A stretch of 64,000 nt of DNA from Amoeboaphelidium protococcarum X5 (GCA_023515725.1 JALDTO010000300.1:22380-86379), one strand, 5' to 3'. Counted from the stretch's first letter, positions 1 through 13,966 are shown. A program made the numbers and translations. Notes: generated from the sequence alone by a model not told the origin.

Positions 1-149
1 CAAGTGGTTAATAAGGAAAAATGAATGAATGCTCGGTTGTAAATATTAGTAAATTCTGCATACTACCATTATATTTCCATTCTTACACTTTCACTTTAGT
101 ATCGCAATGCCACAAAATCACACCGAGCATACGCCTGACGAGATAGAAT

Positions 150-3100
150 TCACTAAAAGTTCCTCAACACCTCAGCCAGTCTCTTCAAACCGACAATCCA
201 ATTCGTACCTTCAGATGCATGACCAGTTAATAGCGCCTACTGGACAGCCAGAGCATCCGTCCACTTTTTCGCGTCCACAGCAGCAACGTAATCCATCAGC
301 AATTTCACAGTGGACTCTCCAACTGCGGAGTTGTTCAATTTATCATACAGTGAGTTGAGTCTCTTCTCCGTATCGTCCAAAATCTTCTTCTAAGCTGGAG
401 ATGCTAGAGGTTTACATGCGGCCAAAGCCTTTGACAACTTCTCAAAGATAGGTCTATGTTCTGGTGGAATGTGAGATCTATCACCAACGGGATACTGTCC
501 AGAGCCACCTTATCCAACAGATCTACCAGACTAAGGTAAAGAGCCTGCAGCACTCGATCCACTAGTTTTCCTGATTGCCTCATGATGCTACTGACTGCCA
601 TATGATCTCACAGGCTCCTACTGACTATATGGTCTCTACTACTATTGTTGACTAGGAACAAACTAAGGCTGCATTTATTACTATTAAAACTACTATTATG
701 GTGGATTCTACTACTACTAAAACTACTACTACTACTATTGATTCTATCGACCGGCAGATAAAGGAGCAGGTGCTGGGACTCCCTTAGGAGGAGGTACAAC
801 AGACTTTTAGGGAATCTACTGAATAGGAGGCGATACCTGAGTCTAATTATATTGACCCATGATCGGAACTCCATTATCAAAAGATGTTCTACCAGCCGGG
901 GCAACAGGAGCATAGTTACTAGCATTACTTTACCTAGCAGGATTGGCAGGCGGCTTGGATCTAAAGATATCAGATGGAGGGTCGTTGAATCCACCAGATT
1001 TCTATGCCGATGGAGGAACGACAGGAGGAACATTACCTGACTGCTATCCAGACTATCCTGGCAATTGCTGGTTGTTAACCCCATATGGAGATGTAGGCTA
1101 ATTCATCACCGGATTAGGAGCGGGAACAAAAGATGCAGGTGGCTTATACGCCGGTTGTTATTACTGTTATTGTTACTACTACTACTACGGAGGCTATCCA
1201 TATTGTGCACCTGATCCATATCCATACTGGCCATACTACTGCCCGCTACTTGCTTGTCCATATCCATATCCACTACTTGCCGGCTGTTAAAAACCGCCAG
1301 CAGATGGCTACTACCCATACGGAGTCTACTGCTACATTGATTATTAAGGTGGATATCCATAACCTCCATTTTGCTATTACTACTACTGTGGCTACTAGTA
1401 AGATCCGAACGCCTAACTAGAAGTCTTAGACGGACCTTGGGGCATCGTCTTTGCAGGCGCTGCTCTGGATGAACTTCTTCCATTCAAATCATTAAACGCC
1501 TGTTCATCCTGGGAATTGATAGTCTTTACCATATCAATTACATTGAATGGTGGTGGTGACTATTAATTCAAATTCAGCGCCGCCAGCACTCGATGATGAA
1601 ATTGGTCATAATTGAATCCAGGCAGAGACTCGCTCTTGACCATATCCAGCATCTATTGTGCACTTGCCAACTTACCAGCAGATAAGAGGCAGTTAACGTA
1701 ATCGACAACAATTCTCAACAACTTTGGATTGTCCAATACATTCTACTGCTCACCAGCGATATAATTCACACACCAAATCTTTTGCATTAGGCCAACCAGA
1801 GTAGATGAATATTTCAAATTACAATTTCTGGCAATCTTCAGGCTCTACATCTGCTTCACCACTCCACCAAGAGTCTTCAAAAACTGGTCTATCCAGATAT
1901 TCTGCAACTAATCCACGCTATTTCCAAGCACCAAGAATATCTCCAAGGCCATTAATAAATCACCTTGAACATTACCACCTGGTCCGGAAGTATTCTTAAT
2001 CCTGGAAGCAAATTGACTAGCTAAATATCTAAACTGTTCCCCCTCAGTAAATGAGCATAACACGCACAGAGTCTCTTTCCAATCGGCAACATCCTACTGC
2101 TAAATAAACTCCTCCAGAGTCTAATTGGTAACATTCTTCAACAGACGCAAAGTCTTCTTCTATGTAACACCCTTCGGATTAATCTGAAAATCTTCTTTTA
2201 GCTAGAAATATCCGCTCTTGGCCATATTGAATATCTCTCCACCAGCCACTGCACCAATGAATAGAGCATCGTCAACTCTTTTCAAAGCCAAGCATAATAC
2301 AACTGCAGAGTGGAAATCGGCCATAAGAATACATTTATATAATAACAGTTCTGCCTCCTTCACCTCCATGCCATTAGGAAGGTCATACATCACAACTTCT
2401 GCCTTCTATTACGGCTGGAGAGGAGATTTTGGGGACTGGACAGGTGCCTAAGTCTAAGCCTAAATATCAAATTCACCATCATCTTCCTATGCAACTCCAC
2501 CAAATAGTGCATTATTACTATTATCCTCATCGCCATCTTGACCAATTTGCTGCTACTAATATGATAATTACAACTACTACTACTGCATTGGGGATGAAGG
2601 TTATGACTAATGCTTCTCATTAGTAGCCGGAGAGTGATTTCCATTAGCCACCACAGAAGACTTCTACTTCACCACACATTAGCGCACCTTTTACGCAATT
2701 TCATCTCGATTAAATGCAAACTATTGTATAAGCTGAATTCGCGCATCATCACCAGAGATTATACGAAGTAGATTCCACAGATATGGGTCTTGGTTCTGCT
2801 TCAACTTGATCTATGCCAACTGCAACACTTCTTCGTTAGACTACAGGGACATAATGGCATCAATCTGAGACTGTAGCTCTGGCAGAGCGGTCGCCTGTCT
2901 TAAACTAACAACTGCACCCCCTTTAGGTGATTTCTTGCTAAAAGTCAAAATTCTATTTCCAAAACCAAAAGATACTCCACACGGTCTCTTCATCCACTTG
3001 GGTGCCTACTTTAACGTAAAGGACTACTACTACATGGCGTGATTCTGCTCCACCTAGGCAAAAGGATCACTCACGGACAACTGTTCAATAGGAATATCCT

Positions 3101-4195
3101 CTTCACTTCCCTTGGCTTGCAGAGAGTACACGGAAATGCATCCATCAAATGAGGCAGTACTCACCAAGTCTGGATTCTTAGGTGACCACTGCACCTCGAA
3201 AGCCCAATTTCTGCTAGATGGAAACTCACCAATCACCTCACCAGAGTGTGGATTCCAGCACAATGTTCTGCAATCTTTACCGCAAGATACCAGCAGATCG
3301 GAATCCTTGTTACACCAGGCGATACTCAACACACCTTTAGTGTGACCGGATAATGTCTTCATAGGCGCATGTGCATTTCTCAGATCCCACAAGTAGATGG
3401 ATGGATTAATATCATCATCAGAGGCGGTCATAATCTAGGTGGCCTCATCCGGGTTCCAAGCGATGCTGGTAAAGGCTCTCTTGGTAGGGTTAGCCAGATG
3501 CAACAACTCTCTCCTACTCTTCAGATCCCAAATAACCGCATTGCCATTACTCGATGCAGAACCCAAAATATGAGCCACCTTCTTGTTCCATGCCAGACAA
3601 CTCAAATCTTCCAAGCGCTACGATCTCTGACCAGGATTATACGGCTTCTCGGGATGAGCCAAGTCCCAAATGAAAATTTCACCTTATGATGCACCTGTTG
3701 CCAGCAAGTTAACCTAGAACGGATTAAAGTCTAGCGCTTTCACTGAGCCTTGATGAGCTTGCTTTCTCAACAACAGCGCATTATCCTTCTTCTAGATCAT
3801 TGCAGCCGGATTCCACAGGTCAATAGATCCATCTTCAAGTCCACCAGCAATTATACCGAGTGAGCGGCCTTCAGCGACAGACGCAGTCCAGGCAAGTTTG
3901 TTAAATCTACACACTGAGGCAACAATTAATAATTATAATGATGATGATGCATGAGAGGACCATTAAAACAAAATCTATAATCCTACCTAGCTGGAGCAGA
4001 TACTTTCGCAAGTGGGTCAGCGGCAATAGATTCAGACTTGAAGTTTAATTCAAACAATTCCAGGTCGGTCTAACTGCTAAATGTAGCGTCCATGGCACCA
4101 CTCACACTACCAGTGCACATCAGTCCTGCGCCGGACTTTGGCGACAGTGGACACCATGCATACGTTGCCGTTCTTTCAATTTCTTTAACTTTCAT
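150..4195 (-). CDS. SEC31: COPII outer coat protein Sec31 (WD40 + ACE1 + Pro/Gln-rich + C-terminal helical domain); 1 intron 3907-3986
   Basis: Starts MKVKEIERTATYAW..GAMDATFS; contains IYLWDLRNAHAPMKTLSGHTKGVLSIAWC and APKWMKRPCGVSFGFG; ends NWIVGLKRLAEVLRNFQ-TGA(150-152). Open only if TAA/TAG=Gln. Confidence 0.95.
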
Positions 4196-4787
4196 ATTCC
4201 AAAGAGTATTTTCAAGTGCTATATATGTATACTCGATTCTACTATACTATGATTGATGATTCCAATAGCGCTGAAGAGAGTTGATTCGAGCGTTCGCGCA
4301 AGAAGAATGAATTTGAGCGACGAAACGAATCAGTCCGATGCTTACTGGGATGCTCAGAACGTACATTGTATATCTCGGTGGCGAGCGCTCTGCTTAAATA
4401 CGCTTTATTTTTAGTGGATTCATATTAAGATTGACTTGGATGTGATCCTGCCAGATATTTCAATCGCATCTCTGATAAAGATTATATCAACAGGATTTAT
4501 CACTTTGAAATGAGGAGCGAAAGTGGCGACAATTGTCACTGCTCCATCAGATTGCAATTATTATTCCCTCAACAAGATTACTTCAATCAATAAAATACAT
4601 AGAGATAGACTCAGCGAATGAAAGCCTGTAAGTGATAAGAATGTTTAAAGAATGACGCGTTTATAATCTTGATTTAGGTGATATTACACATAGTATTTCC
4701 AAGCGATAGAAGAAGCCGAGTTGCAGTAAAATAACATTTATTTAATCAAATATGCAAACAGAATAGAACGTGCCGTCTTTTTCAAGA

Positions 4788-6872
4788 TCAAAGCAAGATA
4801 TAATCTTCAACCTCATCTTCCTAGCCTTCATAAACAAATTGCATCATGGGATCGTGATCATCGTAGGAGCGACCGAATTACTAATGTTGCTGTTATATCT
4901 AGCCACCTTGGCCACCTTTACCGCCTTGATGATGAGTGTACGTGTTGAGAATGTTGGACGCGATACCAAATCCACCAGCCACAGCCTTGCCCATCCAAGA
5001 GAGAGAATCTAGAACAAGACTTTGACGGCGCTGTGGCGACTGAGATGGAGTTACTAAACTTGGCCGACGTGAGGATGGGTGGCGAGATATTGGTTGTCGC
5101 GGAGATTCTGCAACTTGCATTTGACTAAAGTCTTCGCCCAATTTAGAATCTTCACTTATGGTGGGCACTAAAGGCGATAGACCATTAAGACTTCCTTTTG
5201 AAGAGAATCGTCGTCTACGCTACGGCATTTGCTAATGACACTATTTATCATCCATATCCATTGCAAAGGGAAAGCCATCATTCAAATCACCATTATTAGA
5301 GCTATTGCCCGTCGACTTGTCTTCATACTATTATTACTACTTGTCGACAGGATCCTATCTTTTCAACTCAGACATCTACGTTATTGTTGTTGCTTGAGAT
5401 ACATATCTACCAGATGTAGGAGTAGTAATGCGCGAAGTTGGAGTGTAAGAGTATACGGCATTAGGTGATAGTTTACTGAGCTGGTTTGACGACACGGCAT
5501 GAACAGCATAACCAGATCTGTAGGATAAACTCTTCGGCTTGGTAAATGATGCCAACTGATTTTCACGGTCCTGTTCAATGTTAATGAATGCATTCAGTAG
5601 GGATGGTAGACCATTTACCTCTGAATGCTAGAATAAATCTTGGAATGATATTCTGTCAGTCGGGTTTTACTTGAGGAGATTTTTAATTAAAGACAGAAGC
5701 GACTCTGGAGGACATCTGAAATCAAATTCTATACTGTCAGGCTGCAGTTGAAACTACGATCTACTTTGAGGAATTTGGATAGGCAGAGACATGGATGAAG
5801 CATCAAGATCCAACTGGGAAGCAGATTATGCAACGCGCTTCTTCCTGATTGATGAGGCACTTTTAGGAAAAGGAATGTTATCATCGCATTACTTAATCAT
5901 CATTGACAACTGCTTTGGACTTTTAGCTCCATGAAACGGCACTCGACCAAAGATCATCTCATAAATCACAGTACCGGCACTCCATAAATCTACACGACTA
6001 TCATAGCCGGTTCTTTCACGATATGAAGTCTACTACTTATCGCCACTGTCAATGTTGATATTAAGAATTTCCGGACTCATATACAGAGGGCTACCACACT
6101 GCGTCCGCATACGATGACCAGTGGGAACAATCCTGGCAAATCCAAAATCTGCCAGTTTCACTTGAGGCAAATGGTAACGCGTCACATGATCAATTTCTCC
6201 ATCTGAAACAAAGCCGCGCGCGATCATTTGACTCAGCGCCACACACAGGTTGGCCATCGTCTCGTGACTTTTCTGAAACACACAATTAGAGCCGTTTGGA
6301 CACTGCGCCGGCGTTTGTAGAAGCACATTGTGGGGCTTAATATCTCGATGAACGATATCCAGAGAGTGCAGAATCTTGAGAGCATTCACTATTCCATGTG
6401 TGAAGTGGTATACCTGTATCATGTCCAAACCTCGTCGTTAATTCTACGCGTCACCATGTACTCTCTATCGTTTCAAGTACTAATGCAAATCACCAATATC
6501 GCAATATTCAATATAGAGTCTGATTTCATCATCAAATTCATCCACATTGAGCAGTGACAGAATGTTTCGAGTGCCACCATCAGATGATGCAACGAGTCGT
6601 AGAATTTTAATTTCTGACCGCAGACTCTTTAATAAATCAGGAGTGACATCCTTCTTTATGATGGATTTTACTGCAATTTTACTACTGGGCCTAGAATCAC
6701 CGTTTGAATGTGTGCATTGATAGCCATCTCCACCTCCAGTGTTGAATAATCTTCTGCCAAGGTAAACCGTAGCAAACGATCCCTTTCCAATAATCTAATC
6801 CGAGGTTTCATAGACTGATGATTATCCACCATCTTGAGATGTATTATATTTGTAATTTCGACTTTCTGACAT
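4788..6872 (-). CDS. ATG1: Atg1/ULK-family Ser/Thr kinase (694 aa, intronless) with low-complexity C-terminal tail
   Basis: Motifs IGKGSFATVYLG, HRDIKPHNVLL, KLADFGFAR, TQCGSPLYMSPEIL; single frame from ATG 6872 to TGA 4788 under table 6. Could be a paralog rather than the true ortholog. Confidence 0.75.
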
Positions 6873-7298
6873 GATAAATATTTCTTCTGTCAGTGTAATG
6901 ATTATCACTTTGATGATGATAATGAAAGATTAAACAAGGACGAATTGGAGCGGCTGTCGTTGAATTTCACAGATCACTTGATTAGAGAGAGCGAGAGAAA
7001 CGCGAAGGAGCCAATCGATTTGAGCGCACGCGATTGGCTGAGCTTGTTTCTTGCCTCTCACAAAGATTCAGTTTGATCGGCTCTTTATTTGGTCGTTTCT
7101 GGCTGTTACATGAGCTTTGAGGTTGCATAATTTTATTTCCCGACCATTGTTCATCTGAATTTGTCTAGTTTACACGATTATCAAGCTCTTTTAAATTCTC
7201 ACAATTAAACGCGCGATCAAAGTGACATCCAATTTTACTTTCCTCTCATCTGTTACAGTTTGCATTCGATTATTTTTACTCACTAAAACTTGTGAGAA

Positions 7299-7874
7299 AT
7301 GTCATTTTATAGATCCTTGTCTGATTATTTGAAACCGAATCCGTAAATTTAGCCGTTGCACAAAAGAGGACAATGTGTGGTGGTTCAAGATTTGTATCCC
7401 AAAGGCAAGCATCATTATCTTGTCATGCACCAGCAGTTGAGATTGATGTCAGTTTATGATTGTTAGCCGGAGCATTTGAATGATCTCAATGAGGTTCTGA
7501 CGTGTGCTCAAGAGTACCTGGAAATGATTAAAGTGCGGAGAGATCAAGTCTGGCTGGGATTTCACGCGATACCTTCCATGACTCCTCTGCATTTGCATAT
7601 AATATCTAAAGACATGCTGGGCAGTTGCTTGAAAACTAAAGCACATTACCATTCCTTTGTCACTGAATTTCTGGTCCCACTGGATCTGGTCATAAATTGT
7701 CTCAAAGAAGATGGATCAAAATTCTGCGTATCTAGGCGATTAAAGAGCAAAATCCATTACGATTCTCTGCTGAAACTCGATTTAAAATGTCACTTGTGTG
7801 GACTCGAGATGAAAAATATGCCCACTTTAAAGAGTCATCTTCAATCTCATGCCACTCCATAGCATTAACTATGA
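7299..7874 (+). CDS. APTX: Aprataxin/Hnt3-like HIT-family deadenylase with C-terminal zinc finger
   Basis: DLYPKGKHHYLV, GFHAIPSMTPLHLHIIS, KAHYHSF, and C-x2-C..H zinc finger (KCHLCG..LKSHLQSH). Confidence 0.9.
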
Positions 7875-7946
7875 TTCAAACTTGACACTAAAAGAACTTT
7901 ATACTAGAACATTCATAAATCAACCACTTCATCACATGTTACCGTT

Positions 7947-8861
7947 TCAAGCAGCACCAGTCTTCTCCCCGGTCAATGTATTGATCAACTCTTACAAAGG
8001 GGCCAACTCCTACATATTGTATATCATATCGATTAACAGATAGTATCCTCAATATCCCGAGTCGTTATAAGCGTACCTTTTTATCAATCAACTGAAATTC
8101 CAGCACAAAGAATATAAAGTGCTTGAATGACGTGTTTAGGTGCGCTTCCTCGCCAAGTGACACAATCTTTGGGAAATGAGCATGGTAGATGTGGGCATAG
8201 ACTCTAAATAACCTCTTGAATATGTTTTGCACAATCGACTTGAAAGTTTTTGGGAATGGAACACCTACATTAGAATATTTTTAACAGTATGATTAGACAG
8301 TTGCAGATATAGAGAGCGCAAGAATATCAATTACCAATCTTTGAAGGGAAGATCCCCTCATCGTCGAGCTAATTTTACACCCATGTCATCAGGTAATCAA
8401 CATACTCCGGGGCACTGACTTTAACAGGCTTCTTGAAATTCTGACCGTCAGACCAGTGATACTCGTACTTGGGTCCGGCAGACATTACAGCGCAGTCAGT
8501 ATTGGTGCAAAACTCTGTAATAGTTCCATAGAGCATATTGATCTGATTAAAAAAGTCAACCGCTACATATATAGAATAGATACGTCAATAGATAAAAAAG
8601 TCAGCCGATATCATATAGATAAAAGCTTACTGTTAACGGCGAGCCATTCATTCAAATCTTCTCCTTCAGGCAGAGTGACAGCAAGACGCAGATTACCACT
8701 ACCAAGAGTAGCTTCTGCATACTTCTTCAGCTGATACTGCTTAGTACCCTCCGGAATATTCTTCTTAGGCTTAAATGTCTTGTTCTTATTTCTACAAGTA
8801 TATTGTTATTGAAATCAATTCAGTTATTGTGACTAAAATCTTACAATCCAAAGAAGCTCAT
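7947..8861 (-). CDS. MOB1: Mob1 kinase activator (4 short introns)
   Basis: MSFFGL|..[51 protein letters not shown].. and ELAPLQELI; GT-AG introns, e.g. 8010-8076. Confidence 0.95.
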
Positions 8862-9128
8862 ATTAAATTATCAGCTATAGTGTGAAAGTAATGCAATGGA
8901 TGGGATTGATTATATTAAAAGACAGAGCAGATGAAAGCTGAAACAAGAATAGACGAATTGAACTGTGAAGAAACAATTGCCGTTGTTACGCTCACTTTGT
9001 GTTATGGTCACACAATCAAGCAGCAGTTAATTACGAGCTATTTATATCAACTCATCATCACATTAAAGCTAAGCCAAAAGCCAGCTGATTAGTACTTTAC
9101 GGAGTCAGAATTCAAGTAAGAAATATAT

Positions 9129-9720
9129 TCATACAAATTTCTCTTAGGCAGCCTTATCAATTATAAAATCGGAAGCATCCAATTATCTCTCATGTGCCTG
9201 CTACTCCTTCTGAGCTTCTCTCTCCCTCTCAATCTCGTCGTCAGATTCATCGATGGCATTGAAATCCTCTTAAATAGACGGAGCTTCTTCATCTTGAGTT
9301 TGTGTGCGATTCTTCTGCACTATTTTCCCATCATTGTCGTGTAGGCCAATTATTTTATATCCACGAAGGGGATCCACTGGAGGCTAATCCACATACTTCT
9401 TTGTCCACGTCATAACGGTGGCCTTGTTAATTTCAGTCTATTAAAGATTCCTACTCAGAACGGAAGCTGTAATATTTTTTCATTGTCGAGTGAGATATCT
9501 TACCACTACACATACTGAGACGCCATGATTTCCCTGATATTGCAGTTAATTTGTACTGTACGAAGGCACTTGGCAAGAAAAGCGGCGCAGTTAGTCTGAC
9601 ACGCGAAACGCTCAGGTTAGTTAGTATACATCACTATGATTCAAGTGAGCACAGGGCTACTTCTTACAAACTAATCAAAGAAACTTGAAGCATATTCACC
9701 ATATAGGTATGTTTGTCAGA
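9129..9720 (-). CDS. Hypothetical multi-exon protein with acidic/coiled-coil C-terminus; 5' structure uncertain
   Basis: Last exon reads ..ASVLSRNLQQTEINKATVMTW..DEEAPSIQEDFNAIDESDDEIEREREAQKEQQ..KFV-TGA. Upstream GTAAG donors and a TACTAAC branch site (~9620) exist, but exon phases are ambiguous. Confidence 0.4.
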
Positions 9721-10159
9721 AAAGATCATGCTAGTCGTTAAATGTAAGATAAGTCCTCAAAATCTTCTTTACAACGTGCGCGACATTGAGATTCTGTTTA
9801 GACTTGCACTGGCGCTGTAATCAAAATTAGAAAACATTAAATGCGCCACTTACGGTACATAACTCTTTGAATATGTTAAATTATACCACCCAAGCAATTA
9901 TAACAATTATAGATTTGGAGTACCTTAGCCTCGGACCAACGTCACTGCACGTAGTTGAATCATCGGCCCATAGAGAGAGGTAAAATCGGCTTAATAGAGC
10001 TAAAAACGCCCTAAATTCATTCTAAAAAACATATATACTGCCACATAGCTTCTATATATCCCAATTATTATCTTCCCTTAAATTTTCTCGGCGAATTTCC
10101 GATTAGTCGTTTATACATTCTAAGGCCTGACGTCTGGGCGATCGCCCGAATTGTGACTC

Positions 10160-10169
10160 GTGACGTCAC
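10160..10169. promoter_or_regulatory. Perfect CRE/ATF palindrome GTGACGTCAC upstream of the velvet gene
   Basis: Exact bZIP CRE consensus ~125 bp upstream of ATG 10292; a second TGACGT core lies at ~10128. Confidence 0.4.
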
Positions 10170-10291
10170 TTTGATTCGATCTTTTTCCATCATTTATTCC
10201 CCGTTCACTCAACGAAATTGAAAAATTTTATCAACGAAGAGCCGACCACACTTTGACATATTCGATATAATACTGATTTAATAACTTTTGA

Positions 10292-11887
10292 ATGAAAGGA
10301 AAGAGAAAGAATAACAGAAATAGTAATAATAGTAAGAGTGAGGATAAAGCCTAGGCTGTGCAGCTGGAGAAGCAAAGTGCTGCGGTGGCCGTGGAGGATA
10401 ATGAAAAGGCTATGGAATAGGGGCCTCATCATCATGGTAGGACGCTTTCTTCACACCCATCACAGGCAAGCCAGTAGATGTCAATGTCCAATCTGATGAA
10501 TCCAAGCAATTCAGATAACTCCGACAATGACAAGAATGTATAGCCGACAGTGGCACGCAATACGTCACCTGTCATGACGAATGGAGGCGAAGACATCGTC
10601 GCTGAGGGGGCGCGGAGTATACAGCCTCATTTGCAGTTATAATAGTAGAATCTGCGGAAAGGTGATGATATTAGCCCTGGTAGTCATTAGTCTGGATTGG
10701 AATAATAATAACAATATAATCTCTCATACTTTCCCTCTGAACAGGCGCGCACGGATAGTTAGCCGGCGGGAAGTGTGCAAGGCGGATATGCAGATACATG
10801 GCGCAATGAGGCTATATAACAGTCTCTGGCTAAATCGCAGAATTTTGGAATGTCAGCTGGACCATCAATGTTTACCAATCGGCCGAATAACTATGGAGCC
10901 AATGATCAGGTGGTGCGATTTGATGATAGAAGGGATGCCAGTGGATTTTACTACCCAAGTCATGGTACGCGATATGATGTGGTAGACTAAGGAGCTATGA
11001 GACATCTGCGGGACGCGCCAAGTAGTCAGACAATGTTTACCACAGGTCCAGATACTAACAGTAAGACCACCACTAATAGTGATGACATTGTGCATACGAC
11101 GAGCGATGAGAATCGCAGTGGTAGTGCGGTAGATATTTCTGGTGGGAGTAATGATTTGGAAGACTCTGTCAGTGATGATACTGTATCTGCTGATGATCAG
11201 AGTGAGACCAAGAGGATATACAGACTGATTGTCAGGTAGTAACCTGTCCGTGCTCGAGTGTGCGGTTAAGGTGTTAGCGATAGAAGGCCCATTGATCCTC
11301 CGCCCATTCTGCAGTTGTAGATACATGATGAAGATGATCGACCTCTCAAGAGCTAACCTGATGATGTTAATTTTATTGTCGCTCACGCGTCTCTCCTCTC
11401 TGATGATGGTAAGCAAGATGTCACCGTGTCGAATTACGATGGACATCCGATGCGAATGTTAATGGGTACTCTTGTGTCATCGGTATATCTGCTGCATGAT
11501 CTCGATGGATCACTTGGATACTTTTTCATATTCCCCGACTTGTCCATTAGGATTGAAGGTACGTACAGGCTCTGTTTCCGAGTGATGAACTTGGCATTCT
11601 CCGAGAATAAGTAAGCTGGTGGTAGTCGCCCCGTACTTACCAAAGTTATTGCTGAGCCGTTGAAAGCGTACACAGCCAAGCGGTTTCCTGGTATGATTGA
11701 GTCATCTGCCTTGATGAGATGTTTTGCGAGATAAGGTGTTAAACTGACCATACGAAAAGACAGCGGAAGAAATACAAGGCGGGATGATGCAACTGATATC
11801 TCTAGTGAGGATGGAGATGTGGGAGAAGATTAGTAATTGGATAAGGTGGATTTGTAAAAGAACGCGGACAAAGTAATAAAAAATTGA
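10292..11887 (+). CDS. Velvet-domain transcription regulator (C-terminal continuous velvet domain, VelC/VosA-like layout), 531 aa
   Basis: YRLIVRQQPVRARVCG..DRRPIDPPPILQL, GTLVSS, FFIFPDLSIRIEGTYRLCF, YTAKRFPGMIESSALMRCFARQGVKLTIRK; the QQ of RQQP is TAG TAA. Confidence 0.93.
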
Positions 11888-11956
11888 ACTTAGTCGAAAG
11901 GAGCAAGTTTAATGATAACAATGCTGACAATAAAACTATTTTTCTCATCTCAATAA

Positions 11957-13966
11957 TCAATGAATTTTCATAACTAGACTAAATTTTACCTCATTAGCAT
12001 TGTGCGTGATATCACTTGGCGTGACAACGTGATCAACGGAGCGATATCCCCACGACTAAGTCTCTGCAAACTGATTGACTTTACTCTCAAAGACTGGCTC
12101 AAACGATTTCACCTTTGGATTAAACACGGAGAAAGAGGCAGTGACTTGCTCACTATTGTCGTGATAATAAGACACTGAAGGATCAATCTTAGTATCAGTC
12201 AGAGGGTCAATAATCACATCCTTCATAGATCTCGGAAGACTTTCATGACTGATATCGACATTGGCATCATCTTGCGCGGCCTTGGTAATATTGTAACCTT
12301 CGGAGCGTCTCAAGAAGATGCCCCACTTCTCTTCGCCACTCTACGGTTGAGTATGAGATTCCATTCCAGCATTACCTGGGTCTTCAACAACTTCCTCCGC
12401 TGGAAATCGTTGTAAGAAGCAAGACCACCAACTGCCAGCAAAAAAGAATACATTAGAATAACATCTCTGCTTAGCTCTTAGCTCCTAAAACGATGGAAAT
12501 GTTACTCCGACGCGTAAAGGCACATCTAGCTGAGACGCTCCATTGGTAGCTGGTACATTCTTCTTCACTTTACCTCCTTCAATGTAAGCTCGGAATTGGG
12601 TAGATTGCCACAGCGAAGACATAAGAACGCTATCATCTACCAAACCTTCAGATTTCACCTGATGCAACTATTCAAAAGTCATGTGAGAGTAGATGATTGC
12701 ATTCTTGAATATCTTGCCATAGAGTTCTTCATCTTGTACATTTCTAATTTTAGTGGCTTTGAGGGCAGTCAATTTGCGCAATGACACCACAGACTTAACA
12801 AACTCATAACGCGCAAACTCTGTTGGGCACCAGAACGCGTCAGCCTCCAAAATTCTCTCAAGCCACGACGGCGGAAGCTCAACAAATACAGCTTCGAGAT
12901 GATGATATCCATTGGCGCACAAGGTATTCAATACAGACTCTTCCAATGCTCCGGTCACTGAATCGCCATAATCGCAATCTTCAACAAGCCTGACCAAGTT
13001 CAAAATCATTTGACATTACGGATCGTCAGAGGATAGACTCTCTTTTGTGGTAGACAATTGAACCAGAATACTCTAGATTGTATCCAAACAGAAGTCAGTC
13101 AACTGTCTCAGCCCAAAATAAAGTGACGCGCTCAGGACAGCGATACAATTACCTGCATAAATAGAGAAATTCTCCTATTTCTAAAGTGGATCAAAAACCA
13201 GCTATTTACCATATAAAAAAGCCAAGCAGATATTCACTGACTCTGCCGTGACGTTAATATCAGTGACTGCTATTTCATAACTGCGTTCATCACTATGATC
13301 AAATACCTTTTTGAAGAATTGGCAGCGATTAAGGATAAACTTGTGCAAACGATATACTTTGCCCAGGAGCTCGATACTAACATCAGACTGGTGACCGCAT
13401 AAAAAGCCAACATCAAAGAGATAACTGTCAAAAGTCTACAAAGTCTGACTACTCTCATACGCCTTAGATGAAATGTACTCTGGAATAAATCGCTACTGAG
13501 TCTACTGAGTCCCTATAACAGATGCAGACTGGAGACCATCAACTGCGTCCTTGATAGGTGGCACAGACGGTAGATCTTTATCTGGTGATACAGGAGGAGT
13601 CTACTGGCGCATAGGACTTGGGAAAGACTCATCATTGTAAGGCTCATATTAACGCGCAAATACATCGGAGGTGGAAGTATGAGCGCGATTTCGCATGACT
13701 TCAGACGACTGTCCATCCACCACAGATTCGTAATAGGTATAATCAGACTGAGGATACTCGCGCGCAGAGGCAATTGTACGAGTCCTACCACGAGCAGAGT
13801 CTTCATTAACAGCCTTTCTCTCGATCAGTCTGTAATTGATCTTGTCCAGAATTAGATCACTCTCCTCACTGGACTGGTGGAGTTTCTTTGAATCTCTCTC
13901 CAAATGAGATGTCAAATACGTATCATCTTTTTTACCGCGTCCCAAAAATCCCCACAATTTACCCAT
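11957..13966 (-). CDS. BTB/POZ (germ cell-less/GMCL-like) protein with BACK-like and C-terminal MATH-like regions; putative Cul3 adaptor
   Basis: SDVSIELLGKVYRLHKFILNRCQFF, DINVTAESVNICLAFLYG, FWCPTEFARYEF, PLRVGVTF..FFAGSWW; 669-aa single frame; N-terminal MG may be myristoylated. Confidence 0.8.

Noticed and set aside
107-1483. Short ORFs in the track (e.g. 608-1084, 1106-1483, 1133-1420) and TAC/CTA microsatellites
   Set aside because: They are alternative-frame or antisense shadows of the Sec31 Pro/Gln-rich region; the triplet repeats are TAG-encoded polyQ.
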